From the human T2T-CHM13v2.0 reference genome, Homo sapiens, in NCBI RefSeq assembly GCF_009914755.1, contig NC_060933.1: a stretch of 64,000 nucleotides of DNA; one strand, 5' to 3'. The position numbers and the translations under genes were made by a program. The notes under the pieces were generated by a model, which saw only the letters and a program-made list of their open reading frames with translations, ran no database searches and had not been told where the DNA came from. Below are positions 28,101-43,239 of this stretch, in pieces; within the stretch, counting starts at the first letter, position 1; the number at the start of each line of letters is the position of its first letter.

Positions 28101-30750
28101 GGATAAACCCGAATAGAATGGAATGGAATGGAATGGAACAGAATGTAACGGAATGGAATGGAATGGAATGGAATGGAATGGAATGGAATGGAATGGTATG
28201 GAATGGAATGGAATGGTACGGAATAGAAAGGAATGGAACGAATTGCAATGGAATGGAATTGAATGGAATGGAATGGAATGGAATGGAATCAACGCGAGTG
28301 CAGGGGAATGTAATGGAACGGAATGCAATGGAATGGAATCATCCGGAATGGAATGGAATGGAATGGAATGGAATAAACCCGAGTGCAATGGAATGGAGTG
28401 GAATGGAATGGAATGGAATGGAACAACCCGAATGGAATGGAATGTAATGGAGAGTAAGGGAGTTGAATAGAATCAATTCGAATGTAATGGAATGGAATGC
28501 AACGGAATGGAATGGAATGGAATGGAATGGAATGGAATGGAATGGAATGGAATGCAAAGGAATGGAATCAACCCGAGTGGAATGGCATGGAATGGAATGC
28601 AATGGATTGGAATGGAATGGAATCAACTCGAGTGGAAAGGAATGGAATAGAATGGAAAGGAATGGAATGAAGTCAACTCAAGTGGAATGGAATGGAATGG
28701 AATGGATTGGAATGGATTGCAATGGAATGAAATGGAATGGAATGGAATGGAATCAATCATGGAAGGGAATGTAATGGAGTGGAAAGAAGGGAATGGAATC
28801 AACCCGAGTGGAATGCAAGGCAATGGAATGGAATGGAAAGGAATGGAATGGAATCAACTCGATTGCAATGGAATGGAATGGAACGGAATGGAATGGAATG
28901 GAATGGAATTAACTGGAATAGAATGGAATGGAATGGAATGGAACGGAATGGAACGGAATGGAATGGAATGGAAGGGAATGGAATCAACACTAGTGCAGGG
29001 GAATGGAATGGAATGGAATGCAATGAAATGGAATCATCCAGAATGGAATGGAATGGAATGGAATCAACTCCATTGCAATGGAATGGAATGGAATGGAATG
29101 GAATAGAATGGAATGGAATTAACCCGAATAGAATGGAATGCAATAGAATGGAATGCAATGGAACCGAATGGAGTGGAATGGAATGGAATGGAATCAACCC
29201 GAGTACAGAGGAATGGAATGGAATGGAATGCAATGGAATGGATTCATACGTAATGGAATGGAAAGGAATGGAATGGAATGGAATGGAATGGAATGGAATG
29301 GAATGGAATCAACTCGATGGCAATCGAATTTAATGGAATGGAATTAATCCGAATAGAATGGAATGGAATGGAATGGAACGGAACGGAATGGAATGGAATG
29401 GAATGGAATGGAATGGAACGGAACGGAATGGAATGGAATGGAATGGAATGGAATCAACGCGAGTGCAGGGGAATGGAATGGAATGGAATGCAATGGAATG
29501 GAATCTTCCGGAATGGAATGGAATGGAATGGAATGGAATGGAATGAAAGGCAATGGATTCAACTCGATTGCAATGGAATGGAATAGAATGGAATGGAATG
29601 GAATGGAATGGAATGGAATTGAATGGAATGGAATGCCTTCAAACCGAATGGAATGGAAAGGAATGGAATCAACACGAGTGGAAAGGAATGGAATGGAAAG
29701 GAAAGGAATGGAATGGAATGGTACGGAATAGAACGGAATGGAACGAACTGGAATGGAATGGAATGGAATGGAATGGAATGGAATGGAATGGAATGGAATG
29801 GAATGGAATGGAATCGTTCCGAGTGGAATAGGAGGGAAAGTATTCGAGTGGAATGGAAAGGAATGCAATCAACCAGAGTGGAATGGAAGGGAATGGAATG
29901 GAATGGAAACTAATAGAATGGAATCAACCCTAGTGGAATGGAATGGAAAGGCCTGGAATGGAAAGGAATGGAATGGAATGGAATGGAATGGAATGGAATG
30001 GAATCAACGCGAGTGCAGGAGAATGGAATGGAATGCAATGGAATGGAATCAACTCGATTGTAATGGAATGGAATGGAATGGAATGGAATGGAATGGAATG
30101 GAATGGAATTAACCCGAATAAAATGGAATGGAATGGAATAGAACGGAATGGAGTGGAATGGAATGGAATCAACCCGAGTGCAGGGGAATGGAATGGAATG
30201 GAATGCAATGGAATGCAATCATTCGGAATGGAATGGAATGGAATGGAATGCAAAGCAATGGAATCAACTTGATTGCAATGGAATGGAATGGAATGGAAAG
30301 GAATACATTCGAATCAACCCGAGTGGAATGGAATGGAAAGGACTGGAATGGAGTGGAATGGAATGGAATGGAATGGAATGGAATCAACTCGATTGGAATG
30401 GAATGGAATGGAATGGAATGGAATTAACCCGAACAGAATGGAAAGGAATGGAATGCACCGGAACGGAACGGAACGGAATGGAATGGAATGGAATGGAATG
30501 GAATGGAATGGAATGGAAATGGAATGGAATGGAATCAACCCGACTGCAGGGGAATGGAATGGAATGGAATGCAATGGAATGGATTCAACTTGAATGGAAT
30601 GGAAAGAATGGAATCAACACGAGTGGAAAGGCATGGATTGGAATGCAAAGGAATGGAATCAACCCGAGTACAGGGGAATGGAATGGAATGGAATGCAATG
30701 GAATGGAATCATCCGTAATGGAATGGAAAGGAATGGAATGGAATGGAATG
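25050..30750 (+). repeat. ~2.75-2.85 kb tandem duplication
   Basis: GTCAACTCAAGT at 25923/28672 and the 12-bp-deleted TCAATCATGGAAGGG at 26004/28753 both give offset 2749. The TCGTTCC cassette is at 26960/29814. Confidence 0.8.
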
Positions 30751-33700
30751 GAATGGAATGGAATCAACTCGATTGCAATCGAATGGAATGAAATGGAATT
30801 AACCCGAATGGAATGGAATGGAACGGAATGGAATGGAATGGAACGGAACGGAACGGAACGGAATGGAATGGAATGGAATGGAATGGAATGGAATGGAATG
30901 GAACGGAAAGGAATGGAATGGAATGGAATGGAATGGAATGGAATGGAATGGAATCAACGCGAGTGCAGGGGAATGGAATGGAATGGAGTGCAATGGAATG
31001 GGATCTTCCGGAATGGAATGGAATGGAATGGAATGGAATGGAATGGAATAAACCCGAGTGCAATGGAATGGAGTGGAATGGAATGGAATGGAATGGAACA
31101 ACCCGAATGGAATGGAATGGAATGGAGAGTAAGGGAGTTGAATAGAATCAATCCGAATGTAATGGAATGGAATGGAACGGAATGGAATTGAATGGAATGG
31201 AATGGAATGCAATGGAATGGAATCAACCCGAGTGCAATGGAATGGAGAGGAATGGAATGGAATGGAATGGAAACTACCCGAATGGAATGGAATGTAATGG
31301 AGTGTAAGGGAATTGAATAGAATCAATCCGAATATAATGGAATGGAATGGAACGGAATGGAATGGAATGGAATGGAATGGAATGGAATGGAATGGAATGC
31401 AATGGAATGGAATCAACCCGAGTGCAATCGAATGGAATCGAATGGAATGGAATGCAATGGAATGGATTCAACTTGAATGGAATGGAAAGAATGGAATCAA
31501 CACGAGTGGAAGGGCATGGATTGGAATGCAATGGAATGGAATCAACCCGAGTACAGGGGAATGGAATGGAATGGAATGCAATGGAATGGAATCATCCGTA
31601 ATGGAATGGAAAGGAATGGAATGGAATGGAATGGAATGGAATGGAATCAACACGATTGCAATCGAATGGAATGGAATGGAATTAACGCGAATAGAATGGA
31701 ATGGAATGGAATGGAACGGAACGGAATGGAATGGAATGGAATGGAATGGAATGGAACGGAACGGAATGGAATGGAATGGAATGGAATGGAATGGAATGGA
31801 ATGGAATCAACGCGAGTGCAGGGGAATGGAAAGGAATGGAATGCAATGGAATGGAATCTTCCGGAATAGAATGGAATGGAATGGAATGGAATGGAATGAA
31901 ATGCAATGGATTCAACTCGATTGCAATGGAATGTAATAGAATGGGATGGAATGGAATGGAATGGAATTAACCCGAATAGAATGGAATGGAATGGAATGGA
32001 ACAGAATGGAACGGAACGGAATGGAATGGAATGGAATGGAATGGAATGGAATGGAATGGTATGGAATGGAATGGAATGGTACGGAATAGATTGGAATGGA
32101 ACGAATTGTAATGGAATGGAATTGAATGGAATGGAATGGAATGGAATGGAATCAACGCGAGTGCAGGGGAATGTAATGGAACGGAATGCAATGGAATGGA
32201 ATCATCCGGAATGGAATGGAATGGAATGGAATGGAATGGAATGGAATCAACCCGAGTGCAATGGAATGGAGTGGAATGGAATGGAATGGAATGGAACAAC
32301 CCGAATGGAATGGAATGTAATGGAGAGTAAGGGAGTTGAATAGAATCAATACGAATGTAATGGAATGGAATGCAACGGAAAGGAATGGAATGGAATGCAA
32401 TGGAATGGAATGGAATGCAAAGGAATGGAATCAACCCGAGTGGAATGGCATGGAATGGAATGCAATGGAATGGAATGGAATGGAATGGAATGGAATGGAA
32501 TCAACTCGATTGGAATGGAATGGAATGGAATGGAATGGAATGGAATGGAATTAACCCGAATAGAATGGAAAGGAATGGAATGGAACGGAACGGAATGGAA
32601 CGGAATGGAATGGAATGGAATGGAATGGAATGGAATGGAATGGAATCAACCCGACTGCAGGGGAATGGAATGGAATGGAATGCAATGGAATGGATTCAAC
32701 TTGAATGGAATGGAAAGAATGGAATCAACACGAGTGGAATGGCATGGATTTGAATGGAATGGAATGGAATCAACCCGAGTACAGGGGAATGGAATGCAAT
32801 GGAATGCAATGGAATGGAATCATCCGTAATGGAATGGAAAGGAATGGAAAGGAATGGAATGGAATGGAATGGAATGGAATGGAATGGAATGGAATGGAAT
32901 GCCTTCAAACCGAAAGGAATGGAAAGGAATGGAATCAACACGAGTGGAAAGGAATGGAATGGAAAGGAAAGGAATGGAATGGAATGGTACGGAATAGAAT
33001 GGAATGGAACGAACTGGAATGGAATGGAATGGAATGGAATGGAATGGAATGGAATCGTTCCGAGTGGAATAGGAGGGAATGTATTCGAGTGGAATGGAAA
33101 GGAATGGAATCAAAAAGAGTGGAATGGAAGGGAATGGAATGGAATGGAAACTAATAGAATGGAATCAACCCGAGTGGCATGGAATGGAAAGGACTGGAAT
33201 GGAATGGAATGGAATGGAATGGAATGGAATCAACTCGATTGTAATGGAATGGAATGGAATGGAATGGAATGGAATGGAATGGAATGGAATTAACCCGAAT
33301 AGAATGGAATGGAATGGAATTGAACGGAACGGAACGGAACGGAACAGAATGGAATGGAATGGAATGGAATGGAACGGAAAGGAATGGAATGGAATGGAAT
33401 GGAATGGAATGGAATGGAATGGAATCAACGCGAGTGCAGGGGAATGGAATGGAATGGAATGCAATGGAATGGAAGCTTCCGGAATGGAATGGAATGGAAT
33501 GGAATGGAATAAACCCGAGTGCAATGGAATGGAGTGGAATGGAATGGAATGGAATGGAACAACCCGAATGGAATGGAATGTAATGGAGAGTAAGGGAGTT
33601 GAATAGAGTCAATCCGAATGTAATGGAATGGAATGGAACGGAATGGAATTGAATGGAATGGAATGGAATGCAATGGAATGGAATCAACCCGAGTGCAATG

Positions 33701-36700
33701 GAATGGAGAGGAATGGAATGGTATGGAATGGAAACTACCCGAATGGAATGGAATGTAATGGAGTGTAAGGGAATTGAATAGAATCAATCCGAATGTAATG
33801 GAATGGAATGCAACGGAATGGAATGGAATGGAATGGCATGGAATCAACCCGAGTGCAATCGAATGGAATCGAATGGAATGGAATGCAATGGAATGGATTC
33901 AACTTGAATGGAATGGAAAGAATGGAATCAACACGAGTGGAAGGGCATGGATTGGAATGTAATGGAATGGAATCAACTCGAGTACAGGGGAATGGAATGG
34001 AATGGAATGCAATGGAATGGAATCATCCGTAATGGAATGGAAAGGAATGGAATGGAATGGAAGGGAATGGAATGGAATGAAATGGAATGGAATCAACTCG
34101 ATTGCAGTCGAATGGAATGGAATGGAATTAACCCGAATAGAATGGAATGGAATGGAATGGAACGGAACGGAACGGAACGGAACGGAATGGAATGGAATGG
34201 AATGGAATGGAACGGAAAGGAATGGAGTGGAATGGAATGGAATGGAATGGAATGGAATCAACGCGAGTGCAGGGGAATGGAATGGAATGGAATGCAATGG
34301 AATGGAATCATCCGGAATGGAATGGAATGGAATGGAATGGAATGGAATGGAATGGAATGGAATCAACCCGAGTGCAATGGAATGGAGTGAAATGGAATGG
34401 AATGGAATGGAACAACCCGAATGGAATGGAATGTAATGGAGAGTAAGGGAGTTGAATAGAATCAATCCGAATGTAATGGAATGGAATGCAACAGAATAGA
34501 ATGGAATGGAATGCAATGGAATGCAATCAACCCGAGTACAATGGAATGGAATGGAATGGAATGGAATGGAATGGAATGGAATGGAATGCCTTCAAACCGA
34601 ATGGAATGGAAATGAAAGGAATCAACACGAGTGGAATGGAATGGAATGGAATGGAATGGAGTGATACGGAATAGAATGGAATGGAACGAAATGGAATGGA
34701 ATGGAATGGAATGGAATGGAATGGATTGGAATCGTTCCGAGTGGAATAGGAGGGAATGTATTCGAGTGGAATGGAAAGGAATGGAATCAACCAGAGTGGA
34801 ATGGAAGGGAATGGAATGGAATGGAAACTAATAGAATGGAATCAACCCGAGTGGAATGGAATGGAAAGGACTGGAATGGAATGGAATGGAATGGAATGGA
34901 ATGGAATCAACTCGATTGTAATGGAATGGAATGGAATGGAATGGAATGGAATGGAATGGAATTAACCCGAATACAATGGAATGGAATGGAGTGGAACGGA
35001 ATGGAGTGGAATGGAATGGAATCAACCCGAGTGCAGGGGAATGGAATGGAATGGAATGCAATGGAATGGAATCATCCGGAATCAAATGGAATGGAATGGA
35101 ATGCAAAGCAATGGAATCAACTCGATTGCAATGGAATGGAATGGAATGGAAAGGAATATATTGGAATCAACCCGAGTGGAATGGAATGGAAAGGACTGGA
35201 ATGGAGTGGAATGGAATGGAATGGAATGGAATGTAATCAACTCGATTGGAAAGGAATGGAATGGAATGGAATGGAATGGAATTAACCCGAATAGAATGGA
35301 ATGGAATGGAATGGAACGGAACGGAACGGAACGGAATGGAATGGAATGGAATGGAATTGAATGGAATGGAATGGAATCAACCCGACTGCAGGGGAATGGA
35401 ATGGAATGGAATGCAATGGAATGGATTCAACTTGAATGGAATGGATAGAATGGAATCAACACGAGTGGAATGGCATGGATTGGAATGGAATGGAATGGAA
35501 TGAACCTGAGTACAGGGGAATGGAATGGAATGGAATGCAATGGAATGGAATCATACGTAATGGAATGGAAAGGAATGGAATGGAATGGAATGGAATGGAA
35601 TGGAATGGAATGGAATGGAATCAACTCGATTGCAATCGAATGGAATGGAATGGAATTAACCAGAATAGAATGGAATGGAATGGAATGGAACGGAACGGAA
35701 CGGAATGGAATGGAACGGAATGGAATGGAATGCCATGGAATGGAACGGAAAGGAATGGAATGGAATGGAATGGAATGGAATGGAATGGAATCAACGCGAG
35801 TGCAGGGGAATGGAATGGAATGGAATGCAAGGGAATGGAATCTTCCGGAATGGAATGGAATGGAATGGAATGGAATGGAATGGAATGGAATAAACCCGAG
35901 TGCAATGGAATGGAGTGGAATGGAATGGAATGGAACAGCCCGAATGGAATGGAATGTAATGGAGAGTAAGGGAGTTGAATAGAATCCATTCGAATGTAAT
36001 GGAATGGAATGAAACGGAATGGAACTGAATGGAATGAAATGGAATGCAATGGAATGGAATCAACCCGAGTGCAATGGAATGGAGAGGAATGGAATGGAAT
36101 GGAATGGAAACTACCCGAATGGAATGGAATGTAATGGAGTGTAAGGGAATTGAATAGAATCAATCCGAATGTAATGGAATGGAACGGAACGGAATGGAAT
36201 GGAATGGAATGGAATGCAATGGAATGGAATCAACCCGAGTGCAATCGAATGGAATCGAATGGAATGGAATGCAATGGAATGGATTCAACTTGAATGGAAT
36301 GGAAAGAATGGAATCAACACGAGTGAAAGGGCATGGATTGGAATGCAATGGAATGGAATCAACCCGAGTACAGGGGAATGGAATGGAATGGAATGCAATG
36401 GAATGGAATCATCCGTAATGGAATGGAAAGGAATGGAATGGAATGGAATGGAATGGAATGGAATGGAATGGAATCAACACGATTGCAATCGAATGGAATG
36501 GAATGGAATTAACCCGAATAGAATGGAATGGAATGGAATGGAACGGAATGGAATGGAATGGAGTAGAATCAACCCGAGTGCAGAGGAATGGAATGGAATG
36601 GAATGCAATGGAATGGAATCATCCGGAATGGAATGGAATGGAATGGAATGCAAAGCAATGGAATCAACTCGATTGCAATGGAATGCAATGGAATGGAAAG

Positions 36701-39700
36701 GAATACATTGGAATCAACCCGAGTGGAATGGAATGGAAAGGACTGGAATGGAGTGGAATGGAATGGAATGGAATGGAATGGAATGGAATCAACTCGATTG
36801 GAATGGAATGGAATGGAATGGAATGGAATGGAATGGAATGGAATTAACCCGAATAGAATGGAATGGAATGGAATGGAACGGAACGGAAAGGAATGGAATG
36901 GAATGGAATGGAATGGAATGGAATGGAATGGAATCAACCCGACTGCAGGGGAATGGAATGGAATGGAATGCAATGGAATGGATTCAACTTGAATGGAATG
37001 GAAAGAATGGAATGGAATGGAATGGAATGGAATGGAATGGTATCAACTCGATTGCAGTCGAATGGAATGGAATGGAATTAACCCGAATAGAATGGAATGG
37101 AATGGAATGGAACGGAACGGAACGGAACGGAACGGATCGGAATGGAATGGAATGGAATGGAATGGAATGGAATGGAATGGAAAGGAATGGAATGGAATGG
37201 AATGGAAAGGAATGGAATGGAATCAACGCGAGTGCAGGGGAAAGGAATGGAATGGAATCTTCCGGAATGGAATGGAATGGAATGGAATGGAATGGAATGG
37301 AATAAACCCGAGTGCAATGGAATGGAGTGGAATGGAATGGAATGGAATGGAACAACCCGAATGGAATGGAATGTAATGGAGAGTAAAGGAGTTGAATAGA
37401 ATCAATCCGAATGTAATGGAATGGAATGGAACGGAATGGAATTGAATGGAATGGAATGGAATGCAATGGAATGGAATCAACCCGAGTGCAATGGAATGGA
37501 GAGGAATGGAATGGAATGGAGTGGAAACTAACCGAATGGAATGGAATGCAATGGAATGGAATCAACCCGAGTGCAATGGAATGGAGAGAAATGGAATGGA
37601 ATGGAGTGGAAACTACCCGAATGGAATGGAATGTAATGGAGTGTAAGGGAATTGAATAGAATCAATCCGAATGTAATGGAAAGGAATGGAACGGAATGGA
37701 ATGGAATGGAATGGAATGGAATGGAAAGGAATGCAATGGAATGGAATCAACCCGAGTGCAATCGAATGGAACCGAATGGAACGGAATGCAATGGAATGGA
37801 ATCAACTCGATTGCAATCGAATGGAATGGAATGGAATTAACCCGAATAGAATGGAATGGAATGGAAAGGAACGGAATGGAATGGAATGGAATGGAACGGA
37901 ACGGAATGGAATGGAATGGAATGGAATGGAATCAACGCGAGTGCAGGGGAATGGAATGGAATGGAATGCAATGGAATGGAATCTTCCAGAATGGAATGGA
38001 ATGGAATGGAATGGAATGAAATGCAATGGATTCAACACGATTGCAATGGAATGGAATAGAATGGAATGGAATGGAATGGAATGGAATGGAATGAACCCGA
38101 ATAGAATGGAATGGAATGCAATGGAACGGAATGGAACGGAATGGAATGGAATGGAATGGAATGGAATGGTAAGAAATGGAATGGAATGGTACGGAATAGA
38201 ATGGAATGTAACGAATTGTAATGGAATGGAATTGAATGGAATGGAATGGAATCAACGCGAGTGCAGGGGAATGTAATGGAACGGAATGCAATGGAATGGA
38301 ATCATCCGGAATGGAATGGAATGGAATGGAATGGAATGGAATCAACCCGAGTGCAATGGAATGGAGTGGAATGGAATGGAATGGAATGGAACAACCCGAA
38401 TGGAATGGAATGTAATGGAATGTAAGGGAGTTGAATAGAATCAATCCGAATGTAATGGAATGGAATGCAACGGAATGGAATGGAATGGAATGCAATGGAA
38501 TGCAATCAACCCGAGTACAATGGAATGGAATGGAATGGAATGGAATGGAATGGAATGGAATGGAATGGAATGCCTTCAAACCGAATGGAATGGAAAGGAA
38601 TGGAATCAACACGAGTGGAATGGAATGGAATGGAATGGAATGGAATGGAATGGAATGGAATGGAATGATACGGAATAGAATGGAATGGAACGAAATGGAA
38701 TGGAATGGAATGGAATGGAATGGAATGGAATGGAATGGAATGGAATGGAATGGAATCGTTCCGAGTGGAATAGGAGGGAATGTATTCGAGTGGAATGGAA
38801 AGGAATGGAATCAACCAGAGTGGAATGGAAGGGAATGGAATGGAATGGAAACTAATAGAACGGAATCAACCCGAGTGGAATGGAATGGAAAGGTCTGGAA
38901 TGGAATGGAATGGAATGGTATCAACTCGATTGTAATGGAATGGAATGGAATGGAATGGAATGGAATGGAATGGAATTAACCCTAATACAATGGAATGGAA
39001 TGGAATGGAACTGAATGGAGTGGAATGGAATGTAATCAACCCGAGTGCAGGGGAATGGAATGGAATGGAATGCAATGGAATGGAATAATCCGGTATGGAA
39101 TGGAATGGAATGGAATGCAAAGCAATGGAATCAACTCGATTGCAATGGAATGGAATGCAATGGAAAGGAATACTTTGGAATCAACCCGAGTGGAATGCAA
39201 TGGAAACGACTGGAATGGAGTGGAATGGAATGGAATGGAATGGTATGGAATCAACTCGATTGGAATGGAATTGAATGGAATGGAATAGAATGGAATGGAA
39301 TGGAATCAACCCGACTGCAGGGGAATGGAATGGAATGGAATGCAATGGAATGGATTCAACTTGAATGGAATGGAAAGAATGGAATCAACACGAGTGGAAT
39401 GGCATGGATTGGAATGGAATGGAATGGAATCAACCCGAGTACAGGGGAATGGAATGGAATGGAATGCAATGGAATGGAATCATCCGTAATGGAATGGAAA
39501 GGAATGGAATGGAATGGAATGGAATGGAATGGAATGGAATGGAATCAACTCGATTGCAATCGAATGGAATGGAATGGAATTAACCCGAATAGAATGGAAT
39601 GGAATGGAATGGAACGGAACGGAACGGAACGGAATGGAATGGAATGGAATGGAATGGAATGGAATGGAATGGAACGGAAAGGAATGGAATGGAATGGAAT

Positions 39701-42700
39701 GGAATGGAATGGAATGGAATGGAATCAACGCGAGGGCAGGGGAATGGAATGGAATGGAATGCAATGGAATGGAATTTTCCGGAATGGAATAGAATGGAAT
39801 GGAATGGAATGGAATGGAATAAACCCGAGTGCAATGGAATGGAGTGGAATGGAATGGAGTGGAATGGAATGGAATGGAATGGAATGGAACAGCCCGAATG
39901 GAATGGAATGTAATGGAGAGTAAGGGAGTTGAATAGAATCAATCCGAATGTAACGGAATGGAATGGAACGGAATGGAATTGAATTGAATGGAATGGAATG
40001 CAATGGAATGTAATCAACCCGAGTGCAATGGAATGGAGAGGAATGGAATGGAATGGAATGGAAACTACCCGAATGGAATGGAATGTAATGGAGTGTAAGG
40101 GAATTGAATAGAATCAATCCGAATGTAATGGAATGGAATGGAATGGAATGGAATGGAATGGAATGGAATGGAATGGAATGCAATGGAATGGAATCAACCC
40201 GAGTACAGGGGAATGGAATGGAATGGAATGCAATGGAATGGAATCATCCGTAAATGAATGGAATGGAAATGGAATGGAATGGAATGGAATGGAATCAACA
40301 CGATTGCAATCGAATGGAATGGAATGGAATTAACCCGAATAGAATTGAATGGAATGGAATGGAACGGAACGGAATGGAATGGAATGGAATGGAATGGAAC
40401 GGAACGGAACGGAATGGAATGGAATGGAATGGAATGGAATGGAATCAACGCGAGTGCAGGGGAATGGAATGGAATGGAATGCAATGGAATGGAATCTTCC
40501 GGAATGGAATGGAATGGAATGGAATGGAATGAAATGCAATGGATTCAACTCGATTGCAATGGAATGGAATAGAATGGAATGGAAAGGAATGGAATGGAAT
40601 TAACCCGAATAGAATGGAATGGAATGGAACGGAATGGAACGGAATGGAACGGAATGGAATGGAATGGAATGGAATGGAATGGAATGGAATGGTATGGAAT
40701 GGAATAGAATGGTATGGAATAGAATGGAATGGAACGAATTGTAATGGAATGGAATTGAATGGAATGGAATGGAATGGAATGGAATGGAATCAACCCGAGT
40801 GGAATGGCATGGAATGGAATGCAATGGAATGGAATGGAATGGAATCAACTCGAGTGGAAAGGAATGGAATGGAATGGAAAGGAATGGAATGAAGTCAACT
40901 CGAGTGGAATGGAATGGAATGGAATGGATTGGAATGGATTGCAATGGAATGAAATGGAATGGAATGGAATGGAATCAATCATTCCGAGTGGAATGGAAGG
41001 GAATGTAATGGAGTGAAAAGAAGGGAATGGAATCAACCCGAGTGGAATGCAAGGCAATGGAATGTAATGGAAAGGAATGGAATGGAATCAACTCGATTGC
41101 AATGGAATGGAATGGAATGGAATGGAATGGAATGGAATGGAATGGAATGGAATTAACCGGAATAGAATGGAATGGAATGGAATGGAACGGAATGGAATGG
41201 AATGGAAGGAAATGGAATCAACACGAGTGCAGGGGAATGGAATGGAATGGAATGCAATGGAATGGAATCATCCGGAATGGAATGGAATGGAATGGAATCA
41301 ACTCCATTGCAATGGAATGGAATGGAATGGAATGGAATAGAATGGAATGGAATTAACCCGAATAGAATGGAATGCAATAGAATGGAATGCAACGGAACCG
41401 AATGGAGTGGAATGGAATGGAATGGAATCAACCCGAGTACAGGGGAATGGAATGGAATGGAATGCAATGGAATGGAGTCATCCGTAATGGAATGTAAAGG
41501 AATGGAATGGAATGGAATGGAATGGAATGGAATGGAATCAACTCGATGGCAATCGAATGGAATGGAATGGAATTAACCCGAATAGAATGGAATGGAATGG
41601 AATGGAACGGAACGGAATGGAATGGAATGGAATGGAATGGAATGGAACGGAACGGAATGGAACGGAATGGAATGGAATGGAATCAACGCGAGTGCAGGGG
41701 AATGGAATGGAATGGAATGCATTCGAATGGAATCTTCCGGAATGGAATGCAAAGGAATGGAATGGAATGAAAGGCAATGGATTCAACTCGATTGCAATGG
41801 AATGGAATAGAATGGAATGGAATGGAATGGAAAGGAATGGAATTGAATGGAATGGAATACCTTCAAACCGAATGGAATGGAAAGGAATGGAATCAACACG
41901 AGTGGAAAGGAATGGAATGGAAAGGAATGGAATGGAATGGTACGGAATAGAATGGAATGGAATGGAATGGAACAGAATGGAATGGAATGGAATGGAATGG
42001 AATGGAATGGAATCAACCCGACTGCAGGGGAATGGAATGGAATGGAATGGAATGGAATGGAATGGAATCATCCGGAACGGAATGGAATGGAATGGAATGG
42101 AATCAACTCGATTGCAATGGAATGGAATGGAATGGAATGGAATCGATTGGAATGGAGTGGAATTAACCGGAATAGAATGGAATGGAATGGAATGGAACGG
42201 AATGAAATGGAATGGAATGGAATGGAATGGAATGGAATGGAATCAACCCGAGTGCAGGGGAATGGAATGGAATGGAATGCAATGGAATGGAATCATCCGG
42301 AATGGAATGGAATGGAATGGAATGCAATCAACCTGATGCAATGGAATGGAGTGCAATGGAATGGAATGGAATGGAAACATCCCGAATGGAATGGAATGTA
42401 ATGGAGTGTAAAGGAATTGAATAGAATCAATCCGAATGTAATGGAATGGAATGGAATGAAATGGAATGGAATGGAATGGAATGGAATCAACCTGAGTGCA
42501 ATGGAATGGATTCGAATGGAATGGAATGGAATGGAATGGATTCAACAAGAATGGAATGGAAAGGAATGGAATCAACCCGAGTGTAATGGCATGGAATGGA
42601 ACGGAATGGAATGGGATGGAATGGAATGGTACGGAATAGAATGGAATGGAATGAAATGGAATAGAATGGAATGGAATGGAATGGAATGGAATGAACCCGT

Positions 42701-43239
42701 GTGCAATGGAATGGAATGGAATGGAATGGAATGGATTCAACTCGAATGGAATCAACTCGATTGCAATGGAATGGAATGGAATAGAAAGGAATAGAATGGA
42801 ATCATCCCGAGTGGAATGGAATGGAAAGGACTGGAATGGAGTGGAATGGAATGGAATGGAATGGAATTAACCCGAATAGAATGAAATGGAACGGAATGGA
42901 ATGGAATGTAATGGAATGGAATGGAATGGAATCAACCCGAGTGCAGGGGAATGGAATGGAATGGAATGCAAAGGAATGCAATCATCCGGAATGGAATGGA
43001 ATGGAATGGAATGGAATGGAATCAACTCGATTACAATGGAAATGGAATGGAATAGAATGGAATGGAATTAACACGAATAGAATGGAAAGGAATGGAATTG
43101 AATGGAACAGAAAGGAATGGAATGGAATGGAATGGAATCAACCCAAGTGCAGGGGAATGGAATGGAATGGAATACAATGGAAAGGAATCATCCGGAATGG
43201 AATGGAATGGAATGGAATGGAATGGAATGGAATGGAATG

